The position numbers and the translations under genes are program-made. Below, in pieces: positions 19,842 through 28,756 of a DNA stretch of 64,000 nucleotides (positions within the stretch are counted from its first letter, which is position 1; each line of letters starts with the position of its first letter). The notes beneath the pieces were generated by a model. The model was not told where the DNA came from. It did not search any database and saw only the letters and a list, made by a program, of their open reading frames with translations. This DNA comes from Moraxellaceae bacterium. GTDB lineage: Bacteria; Pseudomonadota; Gammaproteobacteria; Pseudomonadales; Moraxellaceae. The stretch is from positions 13,111 through 77,110 of the forward strand of contig JANYEL010000168.1 of the NCBI GenBank assembly GCA_025363155.1, written 5' to 3'.

Positions 19842-20774
19842 ATGCGTCAACCCGATTTATTGGTCGATTCAGAAAACCTACGTCTCGCTGTATACACGTG
19901 GGGGATTGCGCCTAGCGCAGAGGCGCCCAAAGAGGTGCTCATGTTGGTTCACGGCTTCCCAGATCGCGCCATGTTCTGGGACAAGGTCGCCGCTGAGTTG
20001 TCTGATCGTTTTTATGTGGTGGCTTATGACATGCGCGGCTGCGGCGCATCGACGCATATTACAGGCACTCAATATTATAAATATGAGAGGCTACTCAATG
20101 ACTTATACGCGGTGATTGATGCTGTCAGTCCGCAACAAAAAGTCCATTTGGTCGGTCATGATTGGGGCGGATTATATGGTTGGTCGGCAATCGTTGCCTC
20201 TGAGGGGATCAAACGTATCGCATCGTTTGCCACATTGTCGCCGAGTCTGGACCAAATTGGTTTTTTCTTACGACAACGTCTGCTGAAACCAACACCCAAG
20301 AACCTCATTCAGTTAGTAAGTCAGCTACTCCGCAATAGCTTAATGACGTTCTTTACACTGCCCATTTTGCCAGAGATCTTATGGCGGTCGGGTTTGGCGC
20401 TAGCGATGTTTCGCGTCATCATTGGTCACTATGAAAAGCGGATGACATTTGAGCCGAATGAAGGCGTCGAGGGCGATGCGGTTCGCTATTTAGGCATCTA
20501 TCGCGCCAATTTATTACAACGGGTGTTACGCCCCAAAAAAGAGATCAGTCGCGTGCCCGTTCATGCCATGATTGCTCAGCATGATCCGTTTTTGCCGCCT
20601 CGAATATTTGCAGACAGCGCCAGCTGGACAACAGATTATAGCGAGACCGCGATTGATGCCAGTCATTGGGCACCGTTGAGTCAACCCGTGGCGTTAGCGA
20701 ATGCGATCAGTACCTTTGTTGGCAAACATCACGTTGCACTTGATGCGCTGACCGTATCAATAAAATGTTTATAA
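19842..20774 (+). CDS. Alpha/beta hydrolase, epoxide hydrolase (EphD N-terminal)-like
   Basis: HGFPD, YDMRGCG and GHDWGG (Asp nucleophile) motifs. Confidence 0.85.
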   Translation: MRQPDLLVDSENLRLAVYTWGIAPSAEAPKEVLMLVHGFPDRAMFWDKVAAELSDRFYVVAYDMRGCGASTHITGTQYYKYERLLNDLYAVIDAVSPQQKVHLVGHDWGGLYGWSAIVASEGIKRIASFATLSPSLDQIGFFLRQRLLKPTPKNLIQLVSQLLRNSLMTFFTLPILPEILWRSGLALAMFRVIIGHYEKRMTFEPNEGVEGDAVRYLGIYRANLLQRVLRPKKEISRVPVHAMIAQHDPFLPPRIFADSASWTTDYSETAIDASHWAPLSQPVALANAISTFVGKHHVALDALTVSIKCL

Positions 20775-20799
20775 ATCCACTTTGAATCGAGGAAAAAAC

Positions 20800-21483
20800 A
20801 TGTCCAATTCAGTCGTTTTACATCAGTGGGAAATTTCACCTTTTTGCCAGAAAGTCGCGCGAATGCTGAAGTTCAAAGGCATCGACTACGAAACGATTAG
20901 CTACAACGGCATCTTAGGCGCAAAAGTGCCGAAGTTGAGTAAAGTGGGTAAAGTCCCTGTGCTGGATATTCATGGTCTGCGCTTGCAGGACAGCACACGG
21001 ATTGCGCGTTATTTGGATGAGGCATTTCCAGACCAACCACGTTTATATCCTACCGACGCTATTCAAAAGGCATTAGCCGAACTCTGGGAAGATTGGGCCG
21101 ATGAGCTGTTGTATTTCTATGAAGTTTATTTTCGCGTGAGTGATCCAGATGCGTTGGATGAGGCAGTTAGACTCTCGAGTCTCGGTCGTCCTGCCTATGA
21201 GCGCGTCATGATGAAACCGCTGCTGAAAGCAGGCTTACAACATCAAATTAACATGCAAGGTACTGGACGCATGGCAAAAGCGGATGTCGAAGCGGAATTT
21301 AAGCGACATTTGGATCGTATTGAAATCATGCTGGGGCAAACGGGCTGGTTGGTCGGTGAGAGCAAAACCATTGCTGACATTGCAGTGGGTTCCCAATTGG
21401 CTGAGGTGGTGCGAACCAGTAAAGTGTTTGGCGTAGAGGTGCTGAGTCGTCCACGTACAGCAGCATGGATTGCTCAAATATGA
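20800..21483 (+). CDS. Glutathione S-transferase family protein
   Basis: SPFCQKV, GKVPVL, QDSTRIARYL and TIADIA motifs. Confidence 0.88.
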   Translation: MSNSVVLHQWEISPFCQKVARMLKFKGIDYETISYNGILGAKVPKLSKVGKVPVLDIHGLRLQDSTRIARYLDEAFPDQPRLYPTDAIQKALAELWEDWADELLYFYEVYFRVSDPDALDEAVRLSSLGRPAYERVMMKPLLKAGLQHQINMQGTGRMAKADVEAEFKRHLDRIEIMLGQTGWLVGESKTIADIAVGSQLAEVVRTSKVFGVEVLSRPRTAAWIAQI

Positions 21484-22265
21484 GCCCTAATTCCTCGCCG
21501 ATTGAACCGCTGATGACACAGGCTAAACGTTGTGCGGTGGTGATCGGTGTTGGCGCGGTGCAAGGCATTGGCGGTGCGGTGTGTCTACGCTGTGCGCGTG
21601 AAGGTTTGCATGTCTATGTGGCAGGAAGAACTGCGGAAAAACTTGAGCAAGTGGTCGCACAAATTCGCCGACAAGGCGGTCAAGCGTCCGCCTATATCCT
21701 CGATAGTACTCAGCCCCATGAAGTACAGGCGTTGTTCCAGCATATTGCTGATGAGCAGCGGACTCTCGAACTCGTCGTTCACAATGTCGGTGGCAATACT
21801 CCATCGCTGTTTCTACGGACGAAAGCCAGCTTTTATGAACACATGTGGCGAACGACATTTTTTGCGGGGGCGTTGGTTGGACAAGAGGCGGTTCGTCGCA
21901 TGTTGCCGCAAGGACATGGAACGATTATTTTCACGGGAGCTTCGGCGTCGCTACGGGGTAAACCAATGTTTGCGGCATTCTCATCTGGCAAAGCCAGTTT
22001 GCGCAATTTTGCACAAAGTCTGGATCGGGAGTTTCGTGGACAAGGGCTTCATGTCGCACATGTCGTGATTGATGGTGCAGTTGATGGCGATCGGATTAAC
22101 AAGATTGGTTTTGGGGTCGGACGGATTGTACGGTCTTTGATTAAAGGGACTGAAGGTAGCTTGAACCCAGAAGCGATTGCGGATAATTATTGGCATCTCT
22201 ATCAGCAATCACCTGAAGCATGGACACATGAATTGGATTTACGACCGTTTAAGGAGAAGTTCTAA
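21480..22265 (+). CDS. SDR-family oxidoreductase (atypical FxxxK active site)
   Basis: GVGAVQGIG Rossmann motif, FTGASASLRG, HVVIDG, WTHELDLRP; start uncertain (21465/21480/21513). Confidence 0.85.
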   Translation: MSPNSSPIEPLMTQAKRCAVVIGVGAVQGIGGAVCLRCAREGLHVYVAGRTAEKLEQVVAQIRRQGGQASAYILDSTQPHEVQALFQHIADEQRTLELVVHNVGGNTPSLFLRTKASFYEHMWRTTFFAGALVGQEAVRRMLPQGHGTIIFTGASASLRGKPMFAAFSSGKASLRNFAQSLDREFRGQGLHVAHVVIDGAVDGDRINKIGFGVGRIVRSLIKGTEGSLNPEAIADNYWHLYQQSPEAWTHELDLRPFKEKF

Positions 22266-23008
22266 TGTCATTACGATCCTTAAAAGTACCAACCTTCATC
22301 AGACATTCAAAGGTTAAAGAGTGCGCAATCATTATTGGGCTTGATGCGTCCTGTTTGATTGCATCTGCACTTTGCACGCGTGCGAAGCAAGCTGGTTTAG
22401 TGGTTTATCAAGTGACCCATGATGCGCAGGCAAAAGTCACAGCGCCTACAGTTTCACCTAACTCAAACCATCATCAGGTACGTCTGGATTTAAGTTCGTC
22501 CACTGCAGTACATGATCTTTTTAAGAAAATAGCCGATGCCGACCTGACACCACATTGGTTGATTCATTGCCCACAACGCCCAGCACCGATTGAAACGCTT
22601 CAGATGACACCCAAAGATTTGGAATCCATATGGCATGTGCACGGATTCAGTGCATTCATTTTTGGACAAGCGGCTATAAAAGCGATGCTGAAAAAAGGTG
22701 TGAAGCATCGTGCGGATACGCGCTCTCCGACTATTATTTTTGTCGGTGCGATTGATGCCGTTCAGAGTCAGCCAAATTTCAGTGGTTTTGCCGCTGTGAA
22801 AGCAGGTGTACGTGCGTTAGCGCAATCTATGGCACGCGAGTTCGATCCGCAGGGCATCCATGTCGCCCATGTTTTATTGAATCATGGCGATGTGGTAGGT
22901 GAACAATTTGCGGAATCTGTCGCAGCAACGTGTTGGCAAATTTATGGTCAGCCAAAGCAAACGTGGACGCAAGAACTTGAGCTGCGGTCTTTTGATGTGG
23001 CGGGGTAA
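22265..23008 (+). CDS. Degenerate SDR-family protein
   Basis: C-terminal half matches the preceding SDR (AQSMAREF..GIHVAHV, WTQELELR) but the Gly-rich motif is lost. Confidence 0.75.
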   Translation: MSLRSLKVPTFIRHSKVKECAIIIGLDASCLIASALCTRAKQAGLVVYQVTHDAQAKVTAPTVSPNSNHHQVRLDLSSSTAVHDLFKKIADADLTPHWLIHCPQRPAPIETLQMTPKDLESIWHVHGFSAFIFGQAAIKAMLKKGVKHRADTRSPTIIFVGAIDAVQSQPNFSGFAAVKAGVRALAQSMAREFDPQGIHVAHVLLNHGDVVGEQFAESVAATCWQIYGQPKQTWTQELELRSFDVAG

Positions 23009-23097
23009 ATGGATTCAGTTGAGCGCGTCTGCTCGAGTCACGGCAAACCAGCGAAAAAACCACATCCATTGACGTGGCTTTTTATTTCACAGACTGA

Positions 23098-23526
23098 TTA
23101 AAATTTAAGCTTCTTTAAGCCACGTGCAACGCCATCTTGCAGCGCAATTTTGACGATTGGACCAATGAACGGCACGCGACCTTTAAACGTAATGGTGTAT
23201 TCCAAGCGCGTGCGCTGACCCAAATCGATGAACTTCATCACACCGCGATGTTCTTTAATCGGGGCAATGCCGCTGGTAATGGCATATTCAATCAGTTCAT
23301 TTTCACGATAAACCTGATTGGTTTCGACAAAAGAAGGTGTCAACGGAATAGAAAGCTTACGGGCAGAGCCAACGCCATTACGTGCGCCTTGTCCATCTTT
23401 CAGGCGAGTGACTTTGGCAGGGGCAAAAATTTGACTCAAGTTTTCATGCTCGCTTAACGCAGCAAATACTTTGGCAACAGGTGCATTGAATTCGTGAACA
23501 ACATAGACACGCTGGGTTTTTAGCAT
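23098..23526 (-). CDS. SRPBCC/START (polyketide cyclase-like) lipid-binding protein
   Basis: 142 aa; APVAKVFAAL, GVGSAR, YAITSG pattern. Confidence 0.8.
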   Translation of the reverse strand: MLKTQRVYVVHEFNAPVAKVFAALSEHENLSQIFAPAKVTRLKDGQGARNGVGSARKLSIPLTPSFVETNQVYRENELIEYAITSGIAPIKEHRGVMKFIDLGQRTRLEYTITFKGRVPFIGPIVKIALQDGVARGLKKLKF

Positions 23527-23550
23527 CAGAGAGGCTCCAATAGGTTATAT

Positions 23551-23568
23551 TGACAATTTATATTGTCA
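23551..23568. promoter_or_regulatory. Palindromic operator TGACAAT-N4-ATTGTCA
   Basis: Perfect 7-bp arms in a divergent intergenic region; similar site at 10219-10236. Confidence 0.5.
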
Positions 23569-23664
23569 TTTTTACCATGCTAGCATAGCTCAGTTCAATC
23601 TAGTCGTGTTCTGCGAATTTTTCTACTGCTTTGAACGTTCTTTTTTTTGGTGAGAAATACTTTG

Positions 23665-24561
23665 ATGAACACGATGACCGCATCATCCACGGATATTGCC
23701 ATGATTGCGCCGCAAGCTCGGGTAAAATCGGACAACATCACTATCCGCAGAACAAAATTTAAGAGTTTGGATTTAAACAAACAATATACCAAATCGGCTC
23801 TGATGTCGCATTTGCTCACGGCACTATCCGCGTCGTTTCCGCAAGGTGAGCATTTCTTTGTCGAAACGGTGCGTAATGTGCGAGAACAAATTAGCGACCC
23901 ACAGCTGCAAGCCGACATCTCTGCGTTTATTGGACAAGAGTCGATGCATGCTCGCGCGCATGACCAATTCAACGAACAGATTCAATCCAACACTTACCAT
24001 CTCAAAAAATTCGACGCGCTATTTGCGCAAGAAATGATTCGCCTGCGTACACTCTCCCCGCGTCGGCAATTAGCCGCGACCGTGGCACTAGAACACTTCA
24101 CCGCAATGATTGCGGGTTATCTGCTCAAACATCCACGTTTGATTCAACAGTTGCCAGAAAATATGGCGAGCTTATGGATTTGGCATGCGGTTGAAGAAAT
24201 TGAACATAAGCATGTGGCGTTTGATGTGTACCAAAGCATTTTCGCCAATCTGGCGCAACGTCGCCGTAGTATGCGCACGATTACGATCGGCTTCCTGACC
24301 AGCAACGCAATGATGACGGGTCACCTACTCTGGCAAGATCGCAAGCATAGTCTCGGTAATATCAAGCAACTTTGGCTGAATGTGCGCGATTTGGGCTTAT
24401 TGACGCATATGGTGCTGAGTTTATTACCTGAATATTTGGCGTTTTATCGCGAAGGTTTTCATCCTGCGCAGATTGATCAGACGAGATTACTGACGCATTG
24501 GCGACGTGATTTGATGGTGAGGGCTTTGGTGGAGGATGGGAATTTGGCTGTTAGTGCATGA
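23665..24561 (+). CDS. 'Metal-dependent hydrolase' (PF10118-like, ferritin-like), paralog 3
   Basis: FPQGEHFF, QESMH, LEHFT, WHAVEEIEHK and GFHP motifs; ORF could start at 23647. Confidence 0.88.
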   Translation: MNTMTASSTDIAMIAPQARVKSDNITIRRTKFKSLDLNKQYTKSALMSHLLTALSASFPQGEHFFVETVRNVREQISDPQLQADISAFIGQESMHARAHDQFNEQIQSNTYHLKKFDALFAQEMIRLRTLSPRRQLAATVALEHFTAMIAGYLLKHPRLIQQLPENMASLWIWHAVEEIEHKHVAFDVYQSIFANLAQRRRSMRTITIGFLTSNAMMTGHLLWQDRKHSLGNIKQLWLNVRDLGLLTHMVLSLLPEYLAFYREGFHPAQIDQTRLLTHWRRDLMVRALVEDGNLAVSA

Positions 24562-24581
24562 TGGGTTGAAACCCATCCTAC
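24560..24581 (-). repeat. GTAG-type REP element (GTAGGATGGGTTTCAACCCATC)
   Basis: Same as 2775-2796 apart from a compensatory base-pair change in the stem. Confidence 0.7.
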
Positions 24582-24686
24582 GAAACTATAGCAAAGTACT
24601 GTCAATAGATTCGTTAGGATGGTATAAAAGTGGAGAGGGGAAAATAAATATGGATATTTATAATTTTACAAGAAAATAATTATGTC

Positions 24687-24762
24687 TAAGTTTATGGTTT
24701 CTGTGACATTTCCCCCTGAAAAAATAAGTTTATGGTTTCTGTGACATTTCCCCCTGAAAAAA
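24687..24762. repeat. Perfect 38-bp tandem duplication
   Basis: taagtttatggtttctgtgacatttccccctgaaaaaa at 24687-24724 and 24725-24762. Confidence 0.95.
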
Positions 24763-24807
24763 ATTGTATCTTTTTAGCAAACTTTTAAATATTTACAGGT
24801 ATTAAAA

Positions 24808-25701
24808 ATGGGTCATAAAACAAGTGTAGATTATACTGCAATTAATATCCGAGTTCATCCTCACCCAACCAAACAAATCTATGTCGATCTTTTCCAAACA
24901 ATATTTGAGAAAAGACGACGTATTCCTTTAGGAGGTAGTACATCTGCGACTATAAGCCGTATGTGGCCATTGAATGAAAATAAACCAATTGATGGACTAA
25001 TTGGTGAACTTGTAAAGTTTAATGATATTGATGCTGATAGTTGGATTAATGTTGAAACTGGTCAATCTGCAGATAAAGATGAGATTAGCGAGATTCATAT
25101 TCCCAAAGATTTGAGACCAAATGGGAAGTTTTTCTACTTTGTATTTTTCCCTCAAGAACATATTCTGGTTTCTGAAGTCCGAGACAAAGATGGTTCCTTT
25201 AGCCCTAATCTGCAAGAAAAATTCTTCAACTTCTTATTTTCATCAGAAGATATTCTTACAAAATTTAATGCCATTGATGTAACAATTTTACCTGACACTA
25301 CATTAGTGGATAATATCCTATCATCAAAAACCTTAAGGAAACTAGATTTAATCATTCACCGTCCAAACCCAAATGATTTTGACATATATGAGCAAGATAT
25401 TTTGAGTGAGATGGAAACGCAAAATGCAAAAACTTTTGAAAAAAAACTTGTAGCTCAAGATAGGCAATATCTGCAACCCAATGACAAAACAAAAAAACAA
25501 ATTCAAGTTGCAGCACATAATGGTAAAGTTATATACACAGATGTAGACATCAATACTGGCTTGACCAATAAAGATAAAAGCACAGCACAAACACCTTTGG
25601 TGGAACGTGATAAGTATGATCCAGCATTTACCTCTCCCTTAGATTTCATCAAGGTCAAAGCTGTTGAAATCGTAAATAAGCTTAAGAGCAGAAATAACTA
25701 A
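24808..25701 (+). CDS. DUF4747-like protein
   Basis: 297 aa in AT-rich DNA; INIRVHPH..Y..LF N-terminus, FYFVFFP..H, I.RPNP and A.HNG.V patterns recalled for DUF4747. Confidence 0.65.
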   Translation: MGHKTSVDYTAINIRVHPHPTKQIYVDLFQTIFEKRRRIPLGGSTSATISRMWPLNENKPIDGLIGELVKFNDIDADSWINVETGQSADKDEISEIHIPKDLRPNGKFFYFVFFPQEHILVSEVRDKDGSFSPNLQEKFFNFLFSSEDILTKFNAIDVTILPDTTLVDNILSSKTLRKLDLIIHRPNPNDFDIYEQDILSEMETQNAKTFEKKLVAQDRQYLQPNDKTKKQIQVAAHNGKVIYTDVDINTGLTNKDKSTAQTPLVERDKYDPAFTSPLDFIKVKAVEIVNKLKSRNN

Positions 25702-26396
25702 TGCATAACGAGCAAAAGCCCACAAATATTGTAAAAATGTACTGGAAAGCCTATGGCGGCTTTCGTGCATTTTGGGCTTCTATCTACTTTCTTATTCCAC
25801 TGTTTATTACCTTACTCTGTTCAAGTCATTGGCTAAGCAATAAAGATTGGATGAACGATCCTCTCACCATTTTGCCATCCTTGTTGGGCTTTACACTCGC
25901 CGGATATGCCATGTGGCTATCCGTCGGTAACGAAAAGTTAAAAATTTTACTTAGCTCCAAAATTGATAAAGAAAAGAATGAGTATTCTTTTTTTATGCAA
26001 ATTAACTCATCGTTCATACATTTTGTTATTTTTCAAATTGTAGCACTGTTATATATCTATTTTTTAAAATACAACTCTCTAAGATTTGTACTTTCTAAGA
26101 TTGAAGACTACTTTATTTTATTTAATAGCACTTTGGCTCTTTTAGATTTCAGTATAAGCCTAGCAAATGCTATCGGCTTTTTTCTTTTCATTTATTCAAT
26201 TTTTACCATGTTAGCTACAGTATTTGGTATTTACCGTATTTCCTTTTGGATAGATAATCAAAATAGAAACATTAAGAAATCAGAACAATTTATAAAATGC
26301 CCTGATTGCTATGGCGATGCACCTGTTCAAGCAAAAAAATGCATGCATTGTGGTTGCGAATTTAAACCAATAAATGATTCGTCCAAACCGTCTTAA
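25701..26396 (+). CDS. Membrane protein (about 4 TM) with C-terminal zinc ribbon
   Basis: Hydrophobic helices, LPSLLGFTLAGYA motif, CPDC-x10-CMHC; start overlaps the upstream stop (TAATG). Confidence 0.8.
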   Translation: MHNEQKPTNIVKMYWKAYGGFRAFWASIYFLIPLFITLLCSSHWLSNKDWMNDPLTILPSLLGFTLAGYAMWLSVGNEKLKILLSSKIDKEKNEYSFFMQINSSFIHFVIFQIVALLYIYFLKYNSLRFVLSKIEDYFILFNSTLALLDFSISLANAIGFFLFIYSIFTMLATVFGIYRISFWIDNQNRNIKKSEQFIKCPDCYGDAPVQAKKCMHCGCEFKPINDSSKPS

Positions 26397-26423
26397 ATTT
26401 TATCCAGCCTACAACCTCTACCC

Positions 26424-27581
26424 TTACTTCTTCCGTTTCGGCAAGATATCCATATATTTACAGATAATGCCCAGCATCACTTCATCCGCACCGCCGCCGA
26501 TTGAAATCAAACGACTATCACGATAACTGCGTGACACTGGGTTATCCCACATAAAGCCCATACCACCCCAATACTGCAAGCACGAATCGCTGACTTCTCG
26601 TAGCAATCGCCCTGCTTTTAGCTTCGCCATCGATGCCAACCGCGTGACGTCCTCACCCCCGATATGCGCCTCACACGCTTGATAAGTCAGCGCGCGTAAC
26701 GACTCCACATCCGCCATCAATTCCGCCATACGGAAATGAATGACCTGATTATCCAACAACGGCTTTCCAAAAGCAGTCCGTTGACGGCAATACTCAATGG
26801 TGGCATTAATCACCACTTCAGCACCGCCAATCGCATTGGCTGCGGCATACATGCGTTCCTCTTGGAACTGCATCATTTGCATCATAAAGCCCGCGCCTTC
26901 TGCACCGACCCGATTGCGCTGCGGTACGCGCACATTGTCAAAAAAGACCTGCGCAGTATCAGAACTCCGCATCCCCATTTTATCGAGCTTAGGCGATAAG
27001 GTGACGCCAGGTGTCTTGGCAGGGACAATAATCATGGATTTATTAATGTGTGGTTTATCATCCGATGTATTGGCAAGCAAACAGAAAAAATCGGCTTGCG
27101 TTGAATTGGTGATCCACATCTTGCTGCCATTAATCACATAATCATCACCGTCTTTCTTGGCGTAAGTTTTAATCGCTGCGACATCCGATCCTGCATGCGC
27201 TTCACTCACTGCAATCGATGCGACATATTCGCCTGCAATCGCAGGGGTGAGAAATTCATCACGTAATTCTTGAGATCCGAAGCGCGCCAGTGCAGGTGTT
27301 GCCATATCCGTTTGCACACCAATCGCCATCGGCACACCGCCGCAAGCAATGCGGCCTAACTCCTCAACGACGACCATATTATAAGAATAGTCCAAACCTA
27401 AGCCGCCATTCTCAACGGGTTTACAAATACCGAGTAAGCCGAGATCACCCATCTTCTTGAACAGTTCATGCGCAGGGAAAATATCAGCATTTTCCCACTC
27501 AGTCACATAAGGATTAATTTCTTTATCCACAAACTGACGTGCGGTACGACGTAGGGCTTCATGTTCGGCGGTAAATTTCAT
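26424..27581 (-). CDS. atuD: Acyl-CoA dehydrogenase, citronellyl-CoA dehydrogenase (AtuD)-like
   Basis: ACAD motifs plus AtuD-like segments GVQTDM.TPALARFGS, ANTSDDKPH.NKS, GFMMQM.QFQEER and SDSCLQYWGGMGFMWDNPV. Confidence 0.8.
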   Translation of the reverse strand: MKFTAEHEALRRTARQFVDKEINPYVTEWENADIFPAHELFKKMGDLGLLGICKPVENGGLGLDYSYNMVVVEELGRIACGGVPMAIGVQTDMATPALARFGSQELRDEFLTPAIAGEYVASIAVSEAHAGSDVAAIKTYAKKDGDDYVINGSKMWITNSTQADFFCLLANTSDDKPHINKSMIIVPAKTPGVTLSPKLDKMGMRSSDTAQVFFDNVRVPQRNRVGAEGAGFMMQMMQFQEERMYAAANAIGGAEVVINATIEYCRQRTAFGKPLLDNQVIHFRMAELMADVESLRALTYQACEAHIGGEDVTRLASMAKLKAGRLLREVSDSCLQYWGGMGFMWDNPVSRSYRDSRLISIGGGADEVMLGIICKYMDILPKRKK

Positions 27582-27690
27582 GACGCATTCCTTAATCTGA
27601 ATGATCAGGCAAGGGCTCTCATCAACTGGATGACAACATGCCTAGTGAGTTCTAAGTATGCTGCTATTGCCACAAAAAACAGCCAACAAA

Positions 27691-27715
27691 AAAGGACAAT
27701 TTTCTTGTCCTTTTC
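27691..27715. other. Perfect inverted repeat AAAAGGACAA-N5-TTGTCCTTTT (terminator or operator)
   Basis: 10-bp arms between paralog 4 and atuD. Confidence 0.5.
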
Positions 27716-27757
27716 TGCCAATCGAAGAACCCCTTTACGAGGTCTTGAACACGCTGA

Positions 27758-28627
27758 TTAATAATCAGAAAATGATAACTTGGCTTTCCATTTTTTTAAC
27801 ATCTGAACAGTGTCATGATCATTCGGATGAAAGCTTGGACGGAAATAATCTAAAAAGTGAGGAATCGATTTGGTAAAAAGGCCTCGAGGGCCATAAAAAG
27901 TATTCGCAGTGTGCAACCAGTATTTCGGAGACAACTTACCATCTTTGCGTAACAAGCGTGCAGTAAAGTAAGTCTGTGACGACAAAATCAATAAGGTCGC
28001 CATGATGATGCCAACAACGCGCCATACATAAGCGAGGCCTTTGTCTGTGCCGTAGACTTGCTGATAAACATCATACGCTACTGCTTTGTGCTCTGTTTCT
28101 TCAACACAATGCCACGCCCACATCTTAAACATAAGTGGATCACTCTCTAGCTCACTTAAGAACTGCGGATTATTGAGAATTCGTTCAGCCAGTAGGGCCG
28201 TAAAATGCTCTAACGCACAGGTCGCCGCGAGATTGATCTGCTCTATGGAAGCAAGAGGTTTGAATATAAATCGAGCTTTCAATATGGTTGCTGTTACCTG
28301 TTCCATCCACTCAATTTCTTCAAAGCCAAACTCACCGAACTTCATATTCATCGCGTGATGTTCTTTCGAGTGCATGGCCTCTTGACCAATAAACGCACTA
28401 ATCTGCGCCTGCAGATCAACATTATCCGCAATATTGGGATGTTTACGTAATGCGCGAACACTATCGACAAAGAAACGTTCGCCCACAGGAAAAAATGCAG
28501 AAAGTGCCGTCATGAAATGAGTCAGACCCACATCATTCTTGAGCCAATATTTTTGAATGTTGCCGAAATCAAAATCCATACGCCGCACTGGAAAACGATT
28601 TGCAGAAAGGTCTGGAAGGGATGTCAT
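27758..28627 (-). CDS. 'Metal-dependent hydrolase' (PF10118-like, ferritin-like), paralog 4
   Basis: FPVGERFF, QEAMH, LEHFT, WHCVEETEHK and FHPND motifs; ORF extends to 28657. Confidence 0.88.
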   Translation of the reverse strand: MTSLPDLSANRFPVRRMDFDFGNIQKYWLKNDVGLTHFMTALSAFFPVGERFFVDSVRALRKHPNIADNVDLQAQISAFIGQEAMHSKEHHAMNMKFGEFGFEEIEWMEQVTATILKARFIFKPLASIEQINLAATCALEHFTALLAERILNNPQFLSELESDPLMFKMWAWHCVEETEHKAVAYDVYQQVYGTDKGLAYVWRVVGIIMATLLILSSQTYFTARLLRKDGKLSPKYWLHTANTFYGPRGLFTKSIPHFLDYFRPSFHPNDHDTVQMLKKWKAKLSFSDY

Positions 28628-28723
28628 AATCATTATCCTTGATATATTGTTATACATACTCTGCGAAAATCATGGATGACCTGAAACTATCCACTTGACG
28701 CTCACACAACATTATGAAAGTAT

Positions 28724-28756
28724 AATCTGAATAATTATTCAGATTCAATTCAGATT
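28724..28756. promoter_or_regulatory. Putative TetR operator (22-bp perfect palindrome plus half-site)
   Basis: AATCTGAATAATTATTCAGATT overlapping TATAAT, immediately before the tetR ATG. Confidence 0.7.

Noticed and set aside
24687-24762. 38-bp repeat as a CRISPR array
   Set aside because: Two abutting copies, no spacer and no cas genes
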